Part shown: in pieces, positions 27,725 to 37,805 of the stretch | Position numbering within the stretch: position 1 is the stretch's first letter | Layout of the letters: every line of letters begins with the position of its first letter | Assembly (NCBI GenBank): GCA_029858305.1 | Contig: JAOUFI010000001.1 | Coordinates: 39 to 64,038, forward strand | Length of the DNA stretch: 64,000 nt | From: Candidatus Thorarchaeota archaeon | GTDB taxonomy: Archaea > Asgardarchaeota > Thorarchaeia > Thorarchaeales > Thorarchaeaceae | Direction: 5' to 3' | Translations under genes and position numbers: made by a program | The notes under the pieces: generated by a model | Database searches by the model: none | What the model saw: the letters and a program-made list of their open reading frames with translations, nothing else | What the model was told of the DNA's origin: nothing

Positions 27725-29128
27725 ATGCAGAGGCCAGGTTCAGAGGTTATTGCGTCAATTTGTGTCGCAGTCATGACTGCAATTGCACTCTATATGACAG
27801 TCGTCGATCACAATGTCCCGGGTGCAATCTTAATCATCTTTGTAGGGACATATCTGCTAATCTCCACTGAGAAAGTTAATCGTACAGCAATGTCACTCTT
27901 GGGAGTTGCGATTGCAGGAGTAGTTCTATTCGTAGCTTTTGAGGTTGGGAAAGCTTTAGGTATTGACATTGGTGGAGTAGAATTTACCGCCCTCATTGAA
28001 CACATTGAATGGACAACTATCTTCTTCATCATCGCAATGAGTGTTATTGTATCCGTCGCTGCTGCTTCAGGGCTATTCCAGTATATCGCCTTGAGAATTG
28101 CAGCACGCAGTCAAGGCGATCATAGACAGCTCTTCATTACATTTCTCGTCTTTGTTTCAGGGATCAGTCTCTTTTTTGATACGACTTCGACTATGCTAAT
28201 CGCCGCACCGCTCACCATCGAAATATGCAAAGCGCTCGAGATTGATTTCAAGCCATTTCTCGTTTCAGAAGCAATAGTTTGCAACTTCTCTTCAATCCCG
28301 TCCATTGTGGGTGCTGTGCCGAATCTCGTTATTGCTCAAGAAACACAACTGAATGTTGGATTTCTTTTTGTTCTTTTCATGCCACTCTCTATCATTCTCT
28401 TTCTTGTCAGTTTACCAATCCTATTGAGATGGTATGGATCGACCTTTGGAACAACTGAAGAGCATAGAGTAGATGCAGTATTCTCAATCAGCCCGACAAC
28501 TATGATAAAGGATCGATGGGATTTCAACATCTCAGCTGCAGCAATCATATTTCTCGTGGTAGGCTTTGCAATTGGACCTGCGTTTGAAGTAGCTCCTCCA
28601 ATGATTGCACTCGTCATCGCAGGATTCTTGCTCCTGCTATCGCATGAGCGAGCAAACGAGTTCCTTAACAAAGTAGGTTGGCCCACTGTCTTCTTCCTTG
28701 CAGGTCTCTTTGGTCTTGTTGGGGCACTCAGCATAACAGGAATAATTGATGCTATTGGAGCCGGAATAGGATCGTTGGTCGGCAACGATGCGTCATTTGC
28801 TACAGTCTTTCTTGTTTGGATTCCAGCAATGCTCTCAGCATTCCTAGACAATCTCCCGGTTTCAGCGGTTCTTGCCCCAATTGCGCGAGACTTGGTTCAT
28901 ATTAGCCCTGTGATACCCTTGGCATTAATCTTTGCAGTCAACATTGGAGGGTATATCTTCACCCCACTTGGTTCACCTGCAAACATGGTTGCCATTGGCC
29001 TATCCGAAGCAGAGCATGATCCGATCCCATTTATCGAGTTTGTAAAAATCGGCACCATCCTTGGATTTATTCACCTTGCAATTGGTACAGGGTATCTTTT
29101 ACTCGTCAATAGTCTCCTAGGTGTCTAG
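27725..29128 (+). CDS. ArsB/NhaD-superfamily (CitMHS-like) anion permease
   Basis: 467 aa, polytopic. FDTTSTMLI, IPSIVGAVPNLVIA, LDNLPVSAVLAP, GSPANMVA motifs. Confidence 0.7.
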   Translation: MQRPGSEVIASICVAVMTAIALYMTVVDHNVPGAILIIFVGTYLLISTEKVNRTAMSLLGVAIAGVVLFVAFEVGKALGIDIGGVEFTALIEHIEWTTIFFIIAMSVIVSVAAASGLFQYIALRIAARSQGDHRQLFITFLVFVSGISLFFDTTSTMLIAAPLTIEICKALEIDFKPFLVSEAIVCNFSSIPSIVGAVPNLVIAQETQLNVGFLFVLFMPLSIILFLVSLPILLRWYGSTFGTTEEHRVDAVFSISPTTMIKDRWDFNISAAAIIFLVVGFAIGPAFEVAPPMIALVIAGFLLLLSHERANEFLNKVGWPTVFFLAGLFGLVGALSITGIIDAIGAGIGSLVGNDASFATVFLVWIPAMLSAFLDNLPVSAVLAPIARDLVHISPVIPLALIFAVNIGGYIFTPLGSPANMVAIGLSEAEHDPIPFIEFVKIGTILGFIHLAIGTGYLLLVNSLLGV

Positions 29129-29213
29129 CTATCATTTATAGCGAGCAATTTCTCATGAGGTAGTTGTGATAATAAGTAGCGAAATTTGTCATGGAAACAA
29201 ATAAGGTGAGAAT

Positions 29214-30512
29214 ATGCAAGAACCAGTTGGCACTCTAATTCTTCTCGTCTTTATTGGAACATATGTTTTGATTTCTAGTGAGAAGGTCAATAGAGCAGCA
29301 ATGTCCATGACTGGTATGGGAATTGCAGGACTAGTTCTTTGGTATTATGGTACAAAATTCAGTGATTTGGCTCTTGATATTGAATGGGGTACAATCCTCT
29401 TTATTGTATCAATGATGGCAATCGTAGCTGTTGCAGGACACTCCGGAATGTTTCAATACATTGCATTGACACTAGCAAAGCCAACTGGAGGAAACACGAG
29501 TCGTTTGTTCACAGTATTCATCGTATTCGTCTTTGTGATTTCATTAGTCTTTGATACCACATCAACAATGTTGATAATTGGTCCTCTGACAATAGAGGTA
29601 TGTAAGGCGCTTGAAATCGATTTTAAACCATTTCTCATCTCCGAAGCAATAACCTCGAACTTTGCATCTATTCCATCAATCGTTGGAGCTGTTCCAAATC
29701 TGGTAATTGCAGACCAAGTGCTCAGAGCGCAGGTTTTCGGATTCGATGGTGCGTTCCTCTTCATCGTTATGATGCCACTTTCGATCATCTTGCTTATTGT
29801 TACGCTATTCATTTTGCAGAGGGTCTTCCAGAATCAATTGTTTGACAGCCATGAAGACATTGTCGAACAAGTATTTGTAGTGTCACCTCAGCATATGATA
29901 CGGTCAAAAGCTGACTTCTATCTATCACTAGTAGCAATATTGTTCTTAGCACTCGCCTTCACAATAGGGCAGGGTTCAGGTCTTGAACCACCACTCATTG
30001 CAATTATTGTTGCCTTCACTGTGTTATTGATCGCTAGAGAAAAAGTGGAGAATATACTATCAGAAATCAATTGGAATACTGTGTTCTTCCTAATCGGTAT
30101 ATTTGGTCTTGTGGCTGCATTGAAGATAGTGGGCTTCATTGATGACATTGGAGAATTTGTGGCAGGCATTGTTGGGGGCGATAAAGGTGGGGCTGTGTCT
30201 TTTCTCGTCTGGGTTCCCGCATTACTTTCAGCAGTCATTGATAACATCCCGGTCTCTATTGTACTTGCACCGGTTGCAGCAGAGTTGGCATCACTCTCAC
30301 TAGTCTTTCCAGCGATCCTTGTGTTCGCAGTGAATGTGGGAGGATATCTTCTGCCAATAGGAGCGCCAGCTAACATACTTGCTATGGCCTTATCTGAAAA
30401 TGAGCACGATAGGATAGACTTCAAAGCGTTTGCAAAAATTGCAACGCCACTGGCACTTCTGCATCTATTAATCGGGACTGGATGGCTATTCTTGATGAGC
30501 ACAATTTTCTGA
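29214..30512 (+). CDS. ArsB/NhaD-superfamily permease, tandem paralog
   Basis: 432 aa, colinear with 27725-29128, including the near-identical block CKALEIDFKPFL.SEAI..NF.SIPSIVGAVPNLVIA. Confidence 0.7.
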   Translation: MQEPVGTLILLVFIGTYVLISSEKVNRAAMSMTGMGIAGLVLWYYGTKFSDLALDIEWGTILFIVSMMAIVAVAGHSGMFQYIALTLAKPTGGNTSRLFTVFIVFVFVISLVFDTTSTMLIIGPLTIEVCKALEIDFKPFLISEAITSNFASIPSIVGAVPNLVIADQVLRAQVFGFDGAFLFIVMMPLSIILLIVTLFILQRVFQNQLFDSHEDIVEQVFVVSPQHMIRSKADFYLSLVAILFLALAFTIGQGSGLEPPLIAIIVAFTVLLIAREKVENILSEINWNTVFFLIGIFGLVAALKIVGFIDDIGEFVAGIVGGDKGGAVSFLVWVPALLSAVIDNIPVSIVLAPVAAELASLSLVFPAILVFAVNVGGYLLPIGAPANILAMALSENEHDRIDFKAFAKIATPLALLHLLIGTGWLFLMSTIF

Positions 30513-30536
30513 TACAGTAGTTCCTCTAATGCGACA

Positions 30537-32354
30537 TTACGGAACATCAATCATGTCAGCTGGCTCGATATCCTCAACATCGATTCCTTCTTTCTGGAGT
30601 CGCAGAATGGATAGCTCATACGCCTTTAGTACATCGGCTTTAGTAATATAGCCAATCATTTTGCGTGGATTCTTAGGGTCGGCAATCACTGCATGTCCTT
30701 CGTCACGTTTAATCATCTCTTTGAGCGCGCTATCCATACTGCATTGAGGCGCGAGGTGAAGGAAATTAGGATTCATGAGTTCTTGGACCGTGTACTCTCT
30801 ACCATCCTCTGCAGGTTCATGAAATAGATCTTCTGCAATTAGTATGCCCAGAACGTTGTTAAAATCATCAACAACAGGAAACTTCGTGTGATGGGTCTTG
30901 TCAATAATATCGAATACCTCAGATGTCTTCATTAATGGCGAGAGTGTTGTAGGCTGCTTTGTCATGATTTGAGATACTTCAATGGTGTGAAGAGCACCAA
31001 TATGACTGCCCTGTCGAATACGTATTCCTCTTCTAACAAGCTTCATCGTGTAGATACTTTCACGCTCAATCAATGATGACACCAAATATGAAGCTGAAAC
31101 TGCAATCATCAGTGGAAGAATGATAAAGTAGTCACTTGTCATCTCCATTATCATAACAATACAGGTTATCGGTGCTCTTGCAGTCCCCGCAAAAAGCGCA
31201 GCCATACCAACAAGCGCGAATATCATTGGTTCAGGGACAATACCGGGAAAGATTCCTGCAGGGAGAAAAGCTTCAAAAATCCATCCCATCGCTCCACCAA
31301 AAGCTACACCTATGAAGAGAGTGGGCGCGAAGACACCACCAGAACCGCCGGATCCCAAAGTAAATGCCGTTGTGATGATTTTGAAGACACCAAATGTGAA
31401 TAGGGCTGCTAGACCTACTCTAGCAGCAAGAGCTGCATTCATGAACGTATAGCCAACACCCATAACTGCAGGATAATCTAATTCGCCTGGATCTGCAATT
31501 ATATCATAACCTAGAGGACCATTCAAGAAAATAACTATCAAAGCTACAAATCCTGTAAGAAGTCCACCAATTGCTGGTAGTGCATATCTCCACACTCGAA
31601 TTTTCTCTAGTAAATCTTCAATAAAATAGAACCCGCGCATCCAAACTACACTAGCAATTCCTAAAATTATTCCAAGAATAAGGAAGAGGGGTAGCTCAAG
31701 GAGGCTCCCCATTTCGAAAGCAGGAGCTATGAAGGAGGGAGCAGCCCCCAAGATAGCTTGTGAAACAGCAACAGCAACGACTGATGCTAGAATCACTGGG
31801 AGGAGAGCAAATCCAATGATACCTCCTGCAATCACCTCTATACCAAAGAGCGCTCCTCCGAGGGGTGCATTGAATGTGGCGGCAATACCTGATGAGAGGC
31901 CTGCAACAACAAGCGTTTTTGTTTCTCTTTTGTTAAATTTGAGTAGAGAACTGAGTGTAGATCCAATCCCGGCCCCGATTTGAGCAATTGGTCCCTCTCG
32001 ACCGCAAGAACCACCAGAACCAATTGTTATTGCTGAAGCGATACTCTTTAGCAAAGGAACACGCATTCGAATCTGTCCACCGCGAAGAGCATAGGACACC
32101 ATGACTTCAGGGACACCATGACCCTTTGCTTCAGGTGCATACTTTAGAACAATAAGAGAAACAAAACAGCCACCAAGTGCAGGAATAAGGACCCAACCCC
32201 AGGGCCCAATTATTTGTGGTATGACAACAAACACTGAGCCTATTATGAGGATGAGATATCGTAGAACAACAGCTGTTAATCCTGAAACAACACCAACGAG
32301 GGCACCGACTGAATAGAGTAATATTTGGCGTTTCATTGTATCCCTTTCAATCAT
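30537..32354 (-). CDS. clc: ClC voltage-gated chloride channel/antiporter with C-terminal CBS pair
   Basis: 605 aa. GHGVPE, GREGP and GVFAP selectivity-filter motifs. The C-terminal ~150 aa carry two CBS-like repeats. Confidence 0.9.
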   Translation of the reverse strand: MIERDTMKRQILLYSVGALVGVVSGLTAVVLRYLILIIGSVFVVIPQIIGPWGWVLIPALGGCFVSLIVLKYAPEAKGHGVPEVMVSYALRGGQIRMRVPLLKSIASAITIGSGGSCGREGPIAQIGAGIGSTLSSLLKFNKRETKTLVVAGLSSGIAATFNAPLGGALFGIEVIAGGIIGFALLPVILASVVAVAVSQAILGAAPSFIAPAFEMGSLLELPLFLILGIILGIASVVWMRGFYFIEDLLEKIRVWRYALPAIGGLLTGFVALIVIFLNGPLGYDIIADPGELDYPAVMGVGYTFMNAALAARVGLAALFTFGVFKIITTAFTLGSGGSGGVFAPTLFIGVAFGGAMGWIFEAFLPAGIFPGIVPEPMIFALVGMAALFAGTARAPITCIVMIMEMTSDYFIILPLMIAVSASYLVSSLIERESIYTMKLVRRGIRIRQGSHIGALHTIEVSQIMTKQPTTLSPLMKTSEVFDIIDKTHHTKFPVVDDFNNVLGILIAEDLFHEPAEDGREYTVQELMNPNFLHLAPQCSMDSALKEMIKRDEGHAVIADPKNPRKMIGYITKADVLKAYELSILRLQKEGIDVEDIEPADMIDVP

Positions 32355-32722
32355 TTGCGGTGTTCCCTTCTTAGCGCTCAGGAGGATAGCTGTTGTCTGA
32401 ATTTTGGGACAAAATTATTGACTCTTAAGTCTGACCCTACATCAATTCATTTAGGTGAGATAGACATCGATATCAATGGAGAGCTGGCTCTCTATAGGAT
32501 TATGTTGTCTGATATAAGATATACCATAGATAAAAAGCGGCGCCTGGAACCCAGAAATTTCCACCGGGAGGTAGACACTTGGATACAAGACGCCAACCTA
32601 TCTATGAATCATTTAGTTAATTATCTTTAGGAACGACATATTCAGCTCAAAAAAAGACATCATAGCATACCCATTTAACACAGAAGCAATGACAGCTTCC
32701 TCAGTGAAGAGAGGATTAAGAA

Positions 32723-33220
32723 GTGCCAAAGAGAGCTCGATGTCCACACTGTGATAAACTATATGGACGAGATGTCATTGACAGACATGTCCAGAAGTGT
32801 CGAATGAAGAATAAAGTGACTCTGGATCCGCAATCAAAAGCACCTACGCGCACAGTTATTGTTGATGGAAACAATATAGCATATCATCTTGCACCAGATG
32901 GAGTACCTCTTGTTAATAATTTAATTTTGGCCTACCGGAGTTTGACAAGTAGAGGGCTAAAACCAGTGTTCGTAATTTCAACAGCCCTCATGCATGTGAT
33001 TGACAAACCAAATGTTCTGCGTGATTTGATTGTCCAGCTGGAAGTGGTCGAAGCTCCTAGAGGAACTAATGATGATTTGAAGATCATTGGTGTCGCAATG
33101 GACAGAAAAGCCGATATCATATCGAATGACAGATTCTTGGAGTGGATAGGGAGATACCCATGGGTGACTGATAGACTCAGAAAGTATCGAATGACGCCAA
33201 CAGGTCTAATACTAACCTAA
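32723..33220 (+). CDS. Zc3h12a-like NYN-domain ribonuclease with N-terminal C2HC zinc finger
   Basis: CPHCDKLYGRDVIDRHVQKC, then VIVDGNNIAY..PVFVIS..TNDDLKIIGVAM..ADIISNDRF. The Asp pattern and layout match the Zc3h12a/regnase-type NYN domain. GTG start. Confidence 0.6.
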   Translation: MPKRARCPHCDKLYGRDVIDRHVQKCRMKNKVTLDPQSKAPTRTVIVDGNNIAYHLAPDGVPLVNNLILAYRSLTSRGLKPVFVISTALMHVIDKPNVLRDLIVQLEVVEAPRGTNDDLKIIGVAMDRKADIISNDRFLEWIGRYPWVTDRLRKYRMTPTGLILT

Positions 33221-33301
33221 AGAATGTGTACGAAAAAATGTATCCTGCGAAAGCGTTAAAATCGGTCATTAATTGTTCATGCTAACCGTGCATTTAATGA
33301 G

Positions 33302-35080
33302 ATGTGCAAAATGAAAATCAGTGAACTACGAAGCATGTATTTGGAATTCTTCAAAGAGAGAGGACATGCTGTAATTGCTTCAGCATCACTGATACCTGAA
33401 GATGATCCTTCAGCACTTTTTACATCTGCTGGAATGCATCCGCTGGTTCCATATCTCCTGGGACAACCTCATCCACAGGGTAAACGTCTGACTAATGTAC
33501 AGAAATGTGTTCGGACTACTGATATCGATGATGTGGGAGATACAACTCACCTCACATTCTTTGAGATGCTGGGAAATTGGAGTCTTGGGGATTACTGGAA
33601 GAAACAAGCCATCTCATGGAGCTATGAATTTCTAACATCGAAGAAATATTTGGGTTTTAATCCTGCAAAGTTATCTGTTACACTCTTTGCAGGTGATGCT
33701 GACTCTCCAAGAGATGATGAAGCTGCAGATGCATGGCGAAGCATGGGAATCCCAGATGAAAAAATATACTTCCTGGGAAAAGAGGATAATTGGTGGATTG
33801 CTGGAAATAGTGGTCCCTGTGGACCCTGTACTGAGATGTTCATAGAGGTTGATGAGATACCGAAATGCTCTCCTGATTGTAGGCCTGGCTGCAACTGTGG
33901 CCATTTTGTCGAAGTCTGGAACGATGTGTTCATGATGTATTTCAAGAGTGACGAGGGCGTATATACACCTCTGAGACAACAGAGTATTGATACTGGAATG
34001 GGAGTTGAAAGGACTGCTGCCATGTTGCAGGGAGTGCCGTCAGTATTCGATACAGAGGCGTTTGTACCACTAATCGAGTATATCAAGAAGATTTCTCCAA
34101 AGGAAGAATTCTCGGAACACGATAATACCCTAATCAGAGTCATTGCAGATCATGTCAGATCGGCAATTATGATCATGGCGGATGACCGACAAATTGCGCC
34201 ATCAAATGTAGAACAGGGTTACATTGTGAGACGTTTGTTAAGGAAAGCCATTCATTCTGCGGATCGGTTGGAGATTGGAAGAGGATTCATGGCGGGACTC
34301 ACAGACATTGTCGTCGACATGTTCAAAGATGTCTACAATGAAGTTGAAAGAAATAGGGAATTCATCCTCAAGAACCTTGACGCAGAAGAAAAGAAATTCA
34401 GAACTACATTAGCAAAAGCACTTCGAAGATTCGATAAGATCTATGAGGAAACTGGAACTATTACTGGACAGGATGCTTTCCTTCTCTTTACAAGCTTTGG
34501 ACTGCCCCTTGAGATGACTAGAGACCTTGCTAGAGAGAGAGGTGTAGTCATTGATATGAGAGAATTCACAAGGCAATTTGAAGAACATAGGGAGATGTCT
34601 AGAACTGCGACTCAAGGCAAATTCAAAGGAGGACTTGCAGACCATAGTGAAAATATCACCAAACTTCATACTGCTACGCATCTTCTTCAAGCCGCTTTGA
34701 GAAAAGTGCTTGGTGACTCGGTTCAACAGAATGGTAGTAATATCACTCAAGAGAGACTCCGGTTTGATTTCACATTTCCCAGAAAGATGACTCCTGAAGA
34801 AACTCAACAGGTAGAGAAGTTAGTCAATGATATAATTGCAAAAGATCTTGCGGTTGAACATTCATTCATGCCATATGATGATGCAATAGAGAAAGGAGCG
34901 TTGGCATTCTTCAAGGAAAACTATGGTGAGATTGTTTCGGTGTACAGAGTGGGCGATTTTAGTATGGAACTCTGTGGCGGTCCTCATGTCGAGAATACAG
35001 GAGTGCTTGGAAAGTTCAAGATTGCCAAGCAGGAAAAGATTGGAGCTGGCATCCTACGCATCAAAGCCGTTCTTCAGTAA
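33302..35080 (+). CDS. alaS: alanine-tRNA ligase, bacterial-type, short form lacking the C-Ala domain
   Basis: FFKERGH, FTSAGM, FEMLGNWSLGDYWK, GPCGPCTE, VWNDVFM, DTGMGVER, ADHVR. Editing-domain motifs HTATHLLQAAL, LRFDF, CGGPHV. Ends ...RIKAVLQ at 592 aa. The ATG at 33311 (MKISELR) is a possible start. Confidence 0.85.
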   Translation: MCKMKISELRSMYLEFFKERGHAVIASASLIPEDDPSALFTSAGMHPLVPYLLGQPHPQGKRLTNVQKCVRTTDIDDVGDTTHLTFFEMLGNWSLGDYWKKQAISWSYEFLTSKKYLGFNPAKLSVTLFAGDADSPRDDEAADAWRSMGIPDEKIYFLGKEDNWWIAGNSGPCGPCTEMFIEVDEIPKCSPDCRPGCNCGHFVEVWNDVFMMYFKSDEGVYTPLRQQSIDTGMGVERTAAMLQGVPSVFDTEAFVPLIEYIKKISPKEEFSEHDNTLIRVIADHVRSAIMIMADDRQIAPSNVEQGYIVRRLLRKAIHSADRLEIGRGFMAGLTDIVVDMFKDVYNEVERNREFILKNLDAEEKKFRTTLAKALRRFDKIYEETGTITGQDAFLLFTSFGLPLEMTRDLARERGVVIDMREFTRQFEEHREMSRTATQGKFKGGLADHSENITKLHTATHLLQAALRKVLGDSVQQNGSNITQERLRFDFTFPRKMTPEETQQVEKLVNDIIAKDLAVEHSFMPYDDAIEKGALAFFKENYGEIVSVYRVGDFSMELCGGPHVENTGVLGKFKIAKQEKIGAGILRIKAVLQ

Positions 35081-35179
35081 GATTCCTGAAGGTTTGATAA
35101 ATGGCACAAACCCTATTTATAACCTTGAACACCTCAGAATAAATTCAATTGACAATATGACGCAGTTTCATAGGAGAAC

Positions 35180-35848
35180 ATGAAAATGGGTACGTTTTCG
35201 AGGATATTTGGACTGGGAGATAAAGAATTACAAAAACAAGCAGATGATTTACTCCTGAAACTGAGCAAAGCGTTACAATCAGCGAGTGCAAAGCTGCATG
35301 TCGGTGCTGATGATTGGCTTGAGGGAAAAATGGACCATCTAGATGAACTACAATCTGAGATTATTTCGCTTGAGAGAAAAGCGGATATAATTAAGGATGA
35401 GCTCTTTGAAAAGATATTTTCAAAGAGAGCGTATCTTCCACAGCAAACACAGGACAGGCATCAGTTGGTCATCCATATGGATAGTGTGATTGATGCTGCA
35501 GAGGAAGCAGTGAGGATGATGCTCATCGGTCGCAAGTATACACCTCCTGAAGAGATTCATCAAATAGCAAACAAAGGATGGGTATGTACTGACTTGCTAC
35601 AGGATGCGATTAAATATCTCTTCACAGACTTTGAAAAGTCTGTAGAGTATACTCTAAAGATTGACAAAGTGAGGGAGGAGGCAAGGGACATCCAGTTTAA
35701 TCTTCTTGAACGACTCTTCAACAAAGGGGAATACAGTCCACTCGAAGTTATTCTCTTCAGAGCCATTTCAGACAAGATATTACAGGTATCAATAAGATCG
35801 GAAGAAACTAGCGACTTCATTCGAGCACTGTCAGTCAGACATACATAA
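35180..35848 (+). CDS. DUF47 / PhoU-like phosphate-transport regulator
   Basis: 222-aa all-helical protein immediately upstream of a PiT transporter, the canonical DUF47-PiT pairing. Confidence 0.7.
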   Translation: MKMGTFSRIFGLGDKELQKQADDLLLKLSKALQSASAKLHVGADDWLEGKMDHLDELQSEIISLERKADIIKDELFEKIFSKRAYLPQQTQDRHQLVIHMDSVIDAAEEAVRMMLIGRKYTPPEEIHQIANKGWVCTDLLQDAIKYLFTDFEKSVEYTLKIDKVREEARDIQFNLLERLFNKGEYSPLEVILFRAISDKILQVSIRSEETSDFIRALSVRHT

Positions 35849-35865
35849 GCGGAGGCCTTTCTAGA

Positions 35866-36894
35866 TTGGACCTTCTGCTTCTAAGCACCTTGCTCGTCAT
35901 TAGTTTCCTTGTCGCTTTTTCAATTGGAGGCAATGACGAGGCGATGGCTCCAGCCGTTGGGGCAAAGGTATTCACAGTACGAGCTGCAGTCACAATTGGA
36001 GCATTAATTACAATAATTGGTGCAGTGGTATTAGGAAGCAATGTGTCGGAGAAAGTAGGCTCAGACATGGTTAGTGGCATGGAGATGAGTATAGACATGG
36101 TCTTTGCAGTTCTCATATCCATGGCGATATGGCTTCTTATCGCATCAATCTCAAGGGGTTTACCAATTAGCACGACTCAATGTATTGTGGGTGCAGTGAT
36201 TGGTGTCGCAATATCAGCACCATTAGTCGGATATTCTGAATGGGGGATTAATGTGGTTGATTGGAATGTGGTTCTTGAGGTGTTCGCTGGGTGGGTTCTT
36301 TCACCTCTCATCGGATTCTTATTTGCTGCGGGTGTTTTCGCAATCATGCGACATATCCAAAAAAGAGCGAAAGGATTCACTGACTTTGAAAAACAGGAAA
36401 GAGTCGCAGCTTACCTACTTGCAGCATTTCTGATACTTACATCATTGAGCAGAGGCGGAAATGATGTGGCCAATGCAATAGCACCATTAGTCATCCTACC
36501 TGATTTTCTTGGATTTTATGACTTGGGATTTGTAGTTATACCGCGATATTTGATTCCGTTACTGGTTGGGGGGATTGGTATGGCTCTAGGATTGATTGTA
36601 GTTGGTCGAAAAGTGATTAAGACATTAGCAACCGAGGTAGTTACTCTCTCGCCTTCTTCTGCGTTATCTGCAAGCATATCTGTTTCAGTTATCATGTTTG
36701 TAGGGACTATTCTGGGATTACCTTTGAGTGGCACGCATGTTCTCGTTGCAGCTCTTATTGCGGTTGGGTGGATTTCTCAAACACCAATCCAGAAGAAACA
36801 GGTCAAAGATATTGTCATATCTTGGATAGTCACGGTCCCCATATCAGCAGTATTCGGGATGATTGTTTTATTGGGACTTCAGTTCATCCTATAA
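35866..36894 (+). CDS. pit: inorganic phosphate transporter, PiT family
   Basis: Duplicated signature GGNDEAMAPAVGA and GGNDVANAIAPL. About 10 TM helices. TTG start. Confidence 0.9.
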   Translation: MDLLLLSTLLVISFLVAFSIGGNDEAMAPAVGAKVFTVRAAVTIGALITIIGAVVLGSNVSEKVGSDMVSGMEMSIDMVFAVLISMAIWLLIASISRGLPISTTQCIVGAVIGVAISAPLVGYSEWGINVVDWNVVLEVFAGWVLSPLIGFLFAAGVFAIMRHIQKRAKGFTDFEKQERVAAYLLAAFLILTSLSRGGNDVANAIAPLVILPDFLGFYDLGFVVIPRYLIPLLVGGIGMALGLIVVGRKVIKTLATEVVTLSPSSALSASISVSVIMFVGTILGLPLSGTHVLVAALIAVGWISQTPIQKKQVKDIVISWIVTVPISAVFGMIVLLGLQFIL

Positions 36895-36914
36895 AAAGCC
36901 TAAGAGAAATCTCA

Positions 36915-37661
36915 TCATTGAATATCTATGTTAGGGATTCGGTGAATCAAAAGATACTCCTTAGCGAGGGCACCAAGCTTCTCTGCCTCTTCAACAGACA
37001 AATGAACGCGAGGGCCTGTATCGGGAGCCACGGGACGCGTAGCTTCTATTATTGCCAAGTCGGCATTAGCCACAATTGCTTCTACTCCAGCACAAATCCT
37101 CGTATCGCCAGAGAAGGCAATAACAGACTCTCCTACCTTCACTCTAAAGCCAAGAGCAGGCATGAGAATCTCCTCTCCAGGGCTGCATTCAGATCCATAA
37201 TGTTCAACTCCAAAAGACTTGACCTTGAAGAAGTCGGTGTCAAACTCAGATCCCTGAGTTATTTCATGGTATCGTATTTTGAAGGGTAGCGTTTCATGGT
37301 AACTCTGACAAAAACCTTTGATGATGCTTGTGGCCTCAATACAATTAGTAGGAATAAGGATATTGAGAGATTCTTTTCGTCCGAGCATTCTCATAAATCC
37401 AAGAAGAGTATGAAGACCGCCCACATGATCAAAATGGCCATGAGAAATGGCAATGAGATCAATATCGTGCACAAAATCACTCTTTCTAGTTAATTCAATA
37501 AGATCACGCACAGCTCCGTCACCTACATCCATGAGCATGATGCGTCCGGTAAATTTAGATGTTAAAACAATCGTAGTACCGACTCCAGCCGCACTGTAGG
37601 GTACATTTACTGATAGTTCGTCATTCTCCCAGGCACTTCTGTGCATTCCTTGTGGTGTCAT
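36915..37661 (-). CDS. MBL-fold metallo-hydrolase (RNase Z-like)
   Basis: ISHGHFDHVGG motif, downstream FSGDT and H near the C-terminus. Confidence 0.8.
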   Translation of the reverse strand: MTPQGMHRSAWENDELSVNVPYSAAGVGTTIVLTSKFTGRIMLMDVGDGAVRDLIELTRKSDFVHDIDLIAISHGHFDHVGGLHTLLGFMRMLGRKESLNILIPTNCIEATSIIKGFCQSYHETLPFKIRYHEITQGSEFDTDFFKVKSFGVEHYGSECSPGEEILMPALGFRVKVGESVIAFSGDTRICAGVEAIVANADLAIIEATRPVAPDTGPRVHLSVEEAEKLGALAKEYLLIHRIPNIDIQ

Positions 37662-37805
37662 CTATAATTCAATTCCTTTGATTGATGAAATGGTTCCTAA
37701 CAACAATACGAAATATCTTGAGCATATTATATCTATTGAGGGAATGGATTCAAGAAAGAAAGAAGCGTCGAGCCTAACTGAGGCTCGACATGATTAGAGT
37801 GTCAT

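Noticed and set aside
32355-32722. Possible fluoride or other riboswitch, or an ncRNA, in the 368-nt leader region upstream of the ClC gene. The track also has a 101-aa ORF at 32325-32630.
   Set aside because: The reverse-complement leader shows none of the crcB-motif conserved segments that I can recall. The channel is a CBS-domain ClC rather than the ClC-F type. The ORF has no SD or motif and overlaps the ClC start.
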